64,000 nucleotides of DNA from Melioribacteraceae bacterium (GTDB lineage Bacteria; Bacteroidota; Ignavibacteria; Ignavibacteriales; Melioribacteraceae): contig OY760517.1 of the NCBI GenBank assembly GCA_963663615.1, forward strand, positions 1,193,042 to 1,257,041, given 5' to 3'. The notes under the pieces are model-generated. The model made no database searches, had not been told where the DNA came from, and was given only the letters and a program-made list of their open reading frames with translations. Positions 40,198-47,408 of this stretch are shown in pieces. A program made the position numbers and the translations under genes. Position 1 is the stretch's first letter. Each line of letters begins with the position of its first letter.

Positions 40198-41163
40198 ATG
40201 AGAGATATTGCTGTTGTAGCCTTTGGGGGAAACGCCCTCCAGAGCGGAAACGAAAAAGGCGGTATCGAGCAGCAGGAAAAGGTTGTTTATGAAACCTGCG
40301 AAAAACTTGTTGATCTCATTCGTAAAGACGAAACAGGATTAATTATTACACATGGTAATGGTCCCCAGGTGGGGACCATCCTGTTACAGAATGAGGCAGG
40401 GTTTGAGCAGTATAAAATTCCTAAAAAACCTATTGATGTTGCTGTTGCCGATTCACAAGGCTGGATTGGCTATATGATAAACCGCCAATTGCGAAATGTT
40501 CTTAATGATTATAATATTGACAGAAAAGTGGTTGCGCTGGTAACTCAGGTTTTTGTTGATAAAAACGATCCTGCTTTTGAAAGCCCTTCAAAACCGGTTG
40601 GTAGATTTTTTATCAAGGAAGAAGCTGATTTACTTGCGAAAGCAAATGACTGGCAATTTCAGGAAGACTCGCGTAAGAGGGGATGGAGAAGAGTAGTACC
40701 TTCACCTCGTCCAATGGATATCGAAAACAAGGATCTTGTTAAACAACTGGCTGAAGCAGGTTATATAGTTATAACAGTTGGTGGTGGTGGTATTCCAATT
40801 TACCGTCATGATGATGGTCATCTTGAACCAATTGAAGCTGTAATTGACAAAGATCTGGCATCTTCACTTTTAGCTTCGGAAATTGGTGCTAAAAATTTCT
40901 ATATTTTGACGGACGTTCCAAAAGCGTATGTAAACTTTAACAAGCCGGGTCAAAAGGCTCTTGATACTATTACACCCGAAGAGGCTAAAACGTATCTTGA
41001 TAATGGTGAGTTTGGTAAAGGCAGTATGGGACCAAAAGTTAAGGCTGCAATGGAGTTTGCAGTTAACACAGGTAATGAAGCAATTATAACAAGTTCCGAT
41101 GAAATTAAGTATGACGGATGCGGAACAAGAATTAAACCAATTAAAGAATTAACAAATGTATAA
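40198..41163 (+). CDS. arcC: Carbamate kinase
   Basis: VVAFGGNAL, HGNGPQVG and VGGGGIP motifs, ~320 aa. Confidence 0.85.
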   Translation: MRDIAVVAFGGNALQSGNEKGGIEQQEKVVYETCEKLVDLIRKDETGLIITHGNGPQVGTILLQNEAGFEQYKIPKKPIDVAVADSQGWIGYMINRQLRNVLNDYNIDRKVVALVTQVFVDKNDPAFESPSKPVGRFFIKEEADLLAKANDWQFQEDSRKRGWRRVVPSPRPMDIENKDLVKQLAEAGYIVITVGGGGIPIYRHDDGHLEPIEAVIDKDLASSLLASEIGAKNFYILTDVPKAYVNFNKPGQKALDTITPEEAKTYLDNGEFGKGSMGPKVKAAMEFAVNTGNEAIITSSDEIKYDGCGTRIKPIKELTNV

Positions 41164-41178
41164 GGCAGAGGAGTAATA

Positions 41179-42111
41179 ATGGCTGTTAACATGAAAGGCA
41201 AAAGCCTCATTTCTATTAATGATCTTTCACTTGAAGAAATGTATCAGATTTTTGAAGTTGCTAAATCTCTTAAATTAAAGCAGCTTACGGGTGAAAAGCA
41301 TCATGTGCTTGAAGGTAAAACTCTTGGAATGATATTTTCAAAACCTTCAACAAGAACAAGAGTATCATTCCAGGTTGGTATTTATCAGCTGGGTGGTACA
41401 GGTATGTATTTTGGTCCTAACGATTTACAGCTGGGTAAAAGTGAAAACGTTTCGGATACTGCCAAGGTTCTTTCCCGTTATCTTGATGGTATTATGATTC
41501 GTACATTTTCACACCAGGATGTTATTGATCTTGCAAAATATGGTTCTATTCCAGTAATAAATGGTCTTACTGATCTGCTCCATCCATGTCAGGTACTAAC
41601 TGATCTTTTTACTATTATCGAGAAAAAAGGTGAGTTACGCGGACTTAAATTTGCATATCTTGGTGATGGCAATAATATGGCTCATTCGTTGCTTCACGGT
41701 ATGTCAAAAGTTGGTATGGATATAGCCATTGCTACACCTTCAAACTATAAACCTGAAACAGAAATTGTTAATAATGCATTGGAAAATGCAAAATATATGG
41801 GCAGTAAAGTTGAAATTCTTGAAGACCCTGTTGAAGCTGTAAAGGATGCTGATATTATTTATACAGATGTTTGGGCATCTATGGGACAGGAAGATGAAGC
41901 TTCCGAACGTCGTGGACATTTTATGAAATATCAGGTTAATCCTAAACTTGTTGCAAATGCCAAGGATGATTATCTGTTTATGCATTGTTTACCTGCACAT
42001 CGTGGTGATGAAGTGGTAAATGAAGTTGCTGATTCATCAAATTCCGTAATCTTTGATGAAGCAGAAAACAGGCTACACACTCAGAAAGCTGTAATGGCAC
42101 TTGTAATGTAA
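41179..42111 (+). CDS. argF: Ornithine carbamoyltransferase
   Basis: STRTR, HPCQ, DVWASMG and HCLPAHRGDE motifs. Confidence 0.85.
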   Translation: MAVNMKGKSLISINDLSLEEMYQIFEVAKSLKLKQLTGEKHHVLEGKTLGMIFSKPSTRTRVSFQVGIYQLGGTGMYFGPNDLQLGKSENVSDTAKVLSRYLDGIMIRTFSHQDVIDLAKYGSIPVINGLTDLLHPCQVLTDLFTIIEKKGELRGLKFAYLGDGNNMAHSLLHGMSKVGMDIAIATPSNYKPETEIVNNALENAKYMGSKVEILEDPVEAVKDADIIYTDVWASMGQEDEASERRGHFMKYQVNPKLVANAKDDYLFMHCLPAHRGDEVVNEVADSSNSVIFDEAENRLHTQKAVMALVM

Positions 42112-42138
42112 ATTAATATTTAAAATTCTAAAACGTTG

Positions 42139-42163
42139 GGCGGATTTCCAAATCCGCCTTTAT
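42139..42163 (+). terminator. Terminator after argF
   Basis: GGCGGAT pairs with ATCCGCC, followed by TTTATAAAATT. Confidence 0.6.
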
Positions 42164-42210
42164 AAAATTATACATAGGTTTACAATTCAACCTTACTTAC
42201 ACAATGCGGT

Positions 42211-42259
42211 CTCCCTGTTGCCACTTTTGCAAGTTAGCTGGTAACAGGGAGGCTTTTTT
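42211..42259 (+). terminator. Second, long interrupted hairpin plus T-run
   Basis: CTCCCTGTTGCC (42211-42222) pairs with GGTAACAGGGAG (42240-42251) with one G-T pair. An inner ACTT/AAGT stem follows, then GCTTTTTTG. Confidence 0.6.
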
Positions 42260-42334
42260 GTTTATATAAACAAAATTGGAAAAATTGCTTAGATTTGTGT
42301 AGTTTTACTAAAATCAAATATAAAAGAGGGACTT

Positions 42335-42928
42335 ATGTTTTTTAATGATGTTTACCTGGTTAAGGAAAGAATTGCCTTCCTGAAATTAACTGATACTTAC
42401 GATATTTTTGATCCGGCAGATGGAAGCCAGATTGCAATTGCAAAGGAAAAATCTAGTGGAGTAATGAAATATTTGCGGTTAGTTCTTAATAAGGGATTGC
42501 TTCCTTCAAAAGTTTTTGTGTATGAGGGAGATGATTTTAATAACGAATCCAAACTACAGTTTTCAATACAGAGAGGATTTTCATTCCTAAGATCAAGGGT
42601 TAATGTTTGTGATGCATCCGGTAATATACTTGGTTATATGATTAGCAAAATATTTACACTGGGTGGAGCATTTACTGTTTTCGATAATAATGATAAACAG
42701 GTAGCTTATGTTAAGGGGGACTGGAAAGGCTGGAATTTTGAAATGACTGACAGTAGTGGCAATACGCTTGGTAAAATTACTAAAAAATGGACTGGATTGG
42801 GGCAAGAATTGTTTACATCTGCTGATAACTATATAATTAAAGTTTTTGATAACACCAAAAAAGGGCACGCTATATTATTGCTTGCTGCCGGTCTTGCAGT
42901 CGATACGGTTTATAAGGAAAAGAGTTAG
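42335..42928 (+). CDS. Scramblase/LURP-one-related (Tubby C-terminal-like) family protein
   Basis: GKITKKWTGLGQELFTSADNYIIKVF resembles the K-W-G-x-x-E-x-FTDAD-x-(F/Y)-x-I-x-F signature of phospholipid scramblase-family proteins. Confidence 0.5.
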   Translation: MFFNDVYLVKERIAFLKLTDTYDIFDPADGSQIAIAKEKSSGVMKYLRLVLNKGLLPSKVFVYEGDDFNNESKLQFSIQRGFSFLRSRVNVCDASGNILGYMISKIFTLGGAFTVFDNNDKQVAYVKGDWKGWNFEMTDSSGNTLGKITKKWTGLGQELFTSADNYIIKVFDNTKKGHAILLLAAGLAVDTVYKEKS

Positions 42929-42977
42929 AAGTTTAATTATATTTATTTTTTTATGAAATTGGCAGTGTGGGGAAATT

Positions 42978-43298
42978 ATGTCTAAAAGTAATAAAATAGA
43001 TGTTTTTGACTTTGTAATACTTGCTGTAATTTTATTCTATTTATATAAAACTCAACAAAACTCATTATCGGATTATATAGTGACGTTTGCCTTTGTAGAT
43101 GTATTAACCGGAGTTTATTTTATTCTCAAGGGATTTATAAAAGGTGAAATGTCTTATGTTGCTGCAGGTGCAATCTGTGCAATGATGGGAGGGTATGGCT
43201 ATAAAGATATTTCTACGTTTAATTTGGTAATTCAGGTTTTAGGACTTGTATTAGGTGTTAGTACCTATATTCGTAAATCGCTCAAAAAAATTATTTAA
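42978..43298 (+). CDS. Small membrane protein (3 TM), unknown function
   Basis: ORF with three hydrophobic segments; no motif recognised. Confidence 0.45.
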   Translation: MSKSNKIDVFDFVILAVILFYLYKTQQNSLSDYIVTFAFVDVLTGVYFILKGFIKGEMSYVAAGAICAMMGGYGYKDISTFNLVIQVLGLVLGVSTYIRKSLKKII

Positions 43299-43346
43299 GT
43301 ATGAAACCGGAAACTGGGGAAGATTTTAAATCAAGTTTATTCAAAC

Positions 43347-43370
43347 CTCCGGGGAACGAATACCCCGGAG
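43347..43370. terminator. Bidirectional terminator between convergent genes
   Basis: CTCCGGGG (43347-43354) pairs with CCCCGGAG (43363-43370). Confidence 0.55.
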
Positions 43371-43395
43371 ATTAATACCAATCTATATCATAATT

Positions 43396-45231
43396 TTATT
43401 TTATTCTTGCCAGTACGGCTTCACCAGGAATATGATCACCTTCCTCAACAAGAAAATCGTGAATAACACCGGAAGCAGGAGCAACAATTTCGTTTTCCAT
43501 TTTCATAGCTTCAAGAATTAGTACCGGATCACCTTCGTTTACTTTATCACCAACTTTTTTAAGTATTTTCCATACTCTTCCTGGCAATAATGCTTTTATT
43601 GGTGTAAGACTTGAGTCTTCGGCAACTGCTGCTTTAGCCGGAGCAGCATCTTTCTTTTTGGCAGCAGCTTCAGCAACTGCTGTTACAAGGTTTTGTCCCG
43701 TGCCATCAAAACTGACTTCATGGTATTCACCATTAATCATAAATGTAAAACTGATGTTATCCACAGATATATCTGCTTTGCCATTGCCGTTTTTGGTTTC
43801 GGTAGTAGCTTCAGCTTGTACTTCATCTGATTTATATCTTATACCAAGTGGTGATTGACCTTTAAGGAATGCTATACCTTTTTCCTTACAAGTAGCGGCA
43901 ATAAAAATATTTTCATTAGTTACTTCCAAACCTTCCTTAATTAGCATACGGCTTGCTGGTACAATACCTTTGCTTTTATCAGCATCATTAAGCGTAAGAA
44001 CCTTTTCGGTCGTAACGGGCAAATTAAGCTGTTTTGAAGCAATTTTTACTACTTCAGGATCCGGAGCAACAGGAGTTCTGCCAAAGTAACCAAGAACCAT
44101 TCTACCATAAGTAGGTGCAATGTTTCTCCATTCGCCAAAAATAACGTTATTAAATGCCTGCTGGAAATAGAACTGTGAAACAGGAGTTACGGAAGTACCG
44201 AAACCACCTTTTCTTACAACTTCACCCATAGCTTTAATTACTTCATGGTAGCGGTGCATAATTTTATTATCGCGAAGCATCTGGGTGTTTGCTGTTAAAG
44301 CTCCACCAGGCATTGGACTCCATGGAATAATTGGTTCAACAGCTACAGCTTCAGGAGGCAGGAAGTAGTCTTTCATACAATCCTGGAATACATCCTCTGC
44401 AACCAAGATTTTATCAATATCAACATCAAGTTCATACTCGCTACCTCTTAACGCATGCCACATTGTAAGAATATCGGGCTGACATGTACCACCTGAGCAT
44501 GGTTTCATTGAGAGGTCTATTAAGTCGGCACCTGCATCAAGAGCAGCCATGTTGGCAGCAACTGCAGTACCAGCAGTATCGTGGGTATGGAAGTGTATTT
44601 CAGTTCCTTCCGGAAGCATTTTTCTTGCACGTTTAATGGTCTCAAATACTTTCGATGGAACAGCGGTACCAGAGGCATCTTTAAAACATACCGAATCGAA
44701 AGGTATTTCTGCTTCAAGAATTTGTTTTAGTTTATCTTCATAAAACTCGGCAGTGTGTGCACCTTCACATCCCGGAGGTAGCTCCATTAAAGTAACACAA
44801 ACCTGATGCTTAAGACCAGCTTCAGTAATTACCTTGCCGCTATATATCAGGTTGTTAACATCATTCAAAGCGTCAAAATTTCGAATGGTGGTAACACCAT
44901 GTTTTTTGAATAGTTCTGCGTGAAGTTTAATTATTTCCGAAGGCTGTGAATCAAGACCTACAACATTTACACCCCTTGCAAGAGTCTGCAAGTTAGCATC
45001 CGGACCCGCAGTTTCTCTAAATTTATCCATCATGTCGAATGCATCTTCCTGACAATAAAAATAAAGAGACTGGAATCTCGCTCCACCACCTGATTCAAAA
45101 TAATTTATTCCTGCTTCTTTGGCAGCTTCAACTGCTGGCAAGAAGTCTTTTGTTAGTACCCTGGCTCCAAAAACAGACTGAAAGCCGTCCCTGAAAGCCG
45201 TACACATGAATCTTACTTTTTTCTTTGCCAT
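43396..45231 (-). CDS. Biotin-dependent carboxyltransferase subunit with biotinyl domain (oxaloacetate decarboxylase alpha / pyruvate carboxylase subunit B type)
   Basis: N-terminal FMCTAFRDGFQS HMGL-like TIM barrel, an Ala/Pro/Lys linker, and C-terminal EAMKMEN biotinylation motif. Confidence 0.8.
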   Translation of the reverse strand: MAKKKVRFMCTAFRDGFQSVFGARVLTKDFLPAVEAAKEAGINYFESGGGARFQSLYFYCQEDAFDMMDKFRETAGPDANLQTLARGVNVVGLDSQPSEIIKLHAELFKKHGVTTIRNFDALNDVNNLIYSGKVITEAGLKHQVCVTLMELPPGCEGAHTAEFYEDKLKQILEAEIPFDSVCFKDASGTAVPSKVFETIKRARKMLPEGTEIHFHTHDTAGTAVAANMAALDAGADLIDLSMKPCSGGTCQPDILTMWHALRGSEYELDVDIDKILVAEDVFQDCMKDYFLPPEAVAVEPIIPWSPMPGGALTANTQMLRDNKIMHRYHEVIKAMGEVVRKGGFGTSVTPVSQFYFQQAFNNVIFGEWRNIAPTYGRMVLGYFGRTPVAPDPEVVKIASKQLNLPVTTEKVLTLNDADKSKGIVPASRMLIKEGLEVTNENIFIAATCKEKGIAFLKGQSPLGIRYKSDEVQAEATTETKNGNGKADISVDNISFTFMINGEYHEVSFDGTGQNLVTAVAEAAAKKKDAAPAKAAVAEDSSLTPIKALLPGRVWKILKKVGDKVNEGDPVLILEAMKMENEIVAPASGVIHDFLVEEGDHIPGEAVLARIK

Positions 45232-45570
45232 ATATAATCCTGTGTAAATTGATTATTAAATTTATTCTATTATTATTTGCTTTCGCTAAAAATTTCTCGA
45301 TATAATTATATTAGAAGTTTACCAACATATCAAGAAAAAAATCACGAATTAGTATTAATATTTTAGTTTTATTTGATTGCTATCTGGATATAGTATAAAT
45401 AACGGGTCGTTTAAGCAGCAATTTCTTCAAATTGTAATTTCAGGGTGATTGGTAACCAGAATATTTATAAAATGTTTGAAAATACTTCATAAAGATTAAA
45501 TATAATCAGAAGTAAAAGACAATTTTTTAAGAAGAAGTATAGTAGATTATTGCAATGTCAATATTCCCAA

Positions 45571-47007
45571 TTACCAAATTTCAGAAGTTAGAAGTGCAAT
45601 TATTGTCCAAATCTCCAATCTGCCGATCAACATTATTACAGTAAAAAAATATTTACTAAAAATTGTAAAATGTTCAAAGTTGTTAAATGGTCCTACATCG
45701 CCAATGCCAGGTCCCACATTTCCAAGTGTAGCAGCAATTGAGGTAAATGCAGTAGCGGTTGAGTAACCTTCCACGGCTTTTATAAGTACACCGCTTATAA
45801 TAAAAATAATAACATAAGCGTAAATGTAGTTTAATGCCTTTATAATGTTTTCATTGGGTAAAGTAGTTCCATCCAGCGTAACAATTTGCACACTTTTTGG
45901 GTGTAGCATTTTTGTAATGCGTGATTTTATTGCTCCCCAGAATACCAACCAGCGTGACATTTTAATTGATCCGCTTGTTGATAGACTCATTCCGCCAAAG
46001 AACATAACAAGTATGAGAATAAACTGTGCGGATTCGGGCCAATATTTGAAATCAGCAGTGGCGAAACCTGTTGTTGTAATGAGTGAAATGATCGTGAAAA
46101 ATGAATCGCGTAATGCACCAAGTAGTGTGTAATCAGTTTTATTTATTAATATAATTGTGGAAAGAATGGATGTGATGAAAATAATCCCCAAGAAGGTTTT
46201 AAATGATGTACTCTTAAAATATATCCCCGGTTTGCCCCGCAATGCACGGTAATGCAAAACAAAGCTGGTTGCACCGGCTATCATAAATATTGAGAGGACT
46301 ATCTCTATATATTCGCTATTAAATGCGGCAACGCTATCGTTACGGGTAGAAAAACCACCCCCTGCAATGCTGCTGAATGAGTGGGTTATTGCCTCGTACA
46401 AGTTCATGGCTGGTAAAAGCATTACAACCTGAATTACTGTTAATAGCAGGTAAACTTTCCAGAATTTTTTTGCAATTTCAGAGAATCGAGGGAAAAATTT
46501 TCGCTCGTCAGGTGCGATTGGAGCCTCTGACTCGAACAGGAATTTTTTGCCGGGGGTATTCGGGAATAGTGCAATTACCATTACAATTATTCCCATTCCG
46601 CCAAGCCAGTGAGTTTCCGAACGCCAAAATAATATGCTTTTGGGGAGCGATTCAATATCGTTTAATATTGTTGATCCGGTTGCGGTAAATCCTGATACAG
46701 ATTCAAAATAGGCATCTGCAAATGAAGTGAAATAGTGCGATATATAATAGGGGAGTGCACCCGTTATACTAACTATTACCCATGTTAAAGTTACCAAAAG
46801 GAATGTGTCATGGTAGCGGAGATCAGGGGGATCACCTTTATAAAGCAATGAAGCCAAACCTGAAAGCAGACAAAATGCCACAGGTATATAGAAGTAAACA
46901 TGGGTGTTTTCTTCAAAAATAAACGATACCACAAGCGGAGCAAGCATTGCGAGTCCGTAAACCCCGAGTATCCTTAATATATAAAAGCCAATTCTGTATA
47001 ACTTCAT
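45571..47007 (-). CDS. trkH: TrkH/KtrB-family potassium uptake protein
   Basis: Polytopic, with repeated pore-loop-like TATGF / SIAGGGFS / TTTGFAT / GNVGPG motifs. Confidence 0.85.
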   Translation of the reverse strand: MKLYRIGFYILRILGVYGLAMLAPLVVSFIFEENTHVYFYIPVAFCLLSGLASLLYKGDPPDLRYHDTFLLVTLTWVIVSITGALPYYISHYFTSFADAYFESVSGFTATGSTILNDIESLPKSILFWRSETHWLGGMGIIVMVIALFPNTPGKKFLFESEAPIAPDERKFFPRFSEIAKKFWKVYLLLTVIQVVMLLPAMNLYEAITHSFSSIAGGGFSTRNDSVAAFNSEYIEIVLSIFMIAGATSFVLHYRALRGKPGIYFKSTSFKTFLGIIFITSILSTIILINKTDYTLLGALRDSFFTIISLITTTGFATADFKYWPESAQFILILVMFFGGMSLSTSGSIKMSRWLVFWGAIKSRITKMLHPKSVQIVTLDGTTLPNENIIKALNYIYAYVIIFIISGVLIKAVEGYSTATAFTSIAATLGNVGPGIGDVGPFNNFEHFTIFSKYFFTVIMLIGRLEIWTIIALLTSEIW

Positions 47008-47128
47008 TGCCGTACTAAAATTTTTCCAAACTATAAACTTACATAAATTATCGTTTTTAAAGAAGTAATCTTTAGAAAATCCGGGGGTTAGCTCTTCTGT
47101 TTAACACTGCTGAAAAATTAGGTTTGGC

Positions 47129-47182
47129 TTGGGGACCTCATCCTATCCACCATTGGTGGACCTCTCCTACATGGAGAAGGAC
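47129..47182. repeat. GC-rich hairpin element, left copy of an inverted pair
   Basis: CTTGGGGACCTCATCC...TCCACCATTGGTGGA...CCTCTCCTACATGGAGAAGG. Its reverse complement has the same layout as 47259-47318: a CCTTCTCC/GGAGAAGG-type hairpin followed by GGATGAGGT. Confidence 0.55.
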
Positions 47183-47258
47183 TTTTGTATGGTTTGCAGA
47201 CTTTAACAAAAATTCATTGAATGTTTGGATTTGAAACAAACAGTCGAGTTATTTAATC

Positions 47259-47318
47259 AGCCCCTTCGCCTTTCAGGAGAAGGGGTTCCCCACGTCGAAT
47301 AAATCTGGGGATGAGGTA
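47259..47318. repeat. GC-rich hairpin element, right copy of an inverted pair
   Basis: CCCCTTCGCC-TTTC-AGGAGAAGGGG hairpin, a TCCCCA...TGGGGA hairpin, then GGGGATGAGGT, which is complementary to ACCTCATCC at 47135-47143. Confidence 0.55.
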
Positions 47319-47408
47319 TTACAACTTCCCAAATAATTTACCAAAATGGTTGCCATTTAAGATATTTGAAGTTAAATTTAAATTAGAGTAAATAAACGAA
47401 GGTAGTGT

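Noticed and set aside
47129-47318. c-di-AMP (ydaO-type) riboswitch upstream of trkH, read on the minus strand
   Set aside because: The GC-rich hairpins made me check this. The minus-strand sequence lacks the conserved 3' block (CAGCUAACCUCGUAAGCG-like) and the pseudo-symmetric layout. The two halves are better explained as inverted copies of one repeat element.
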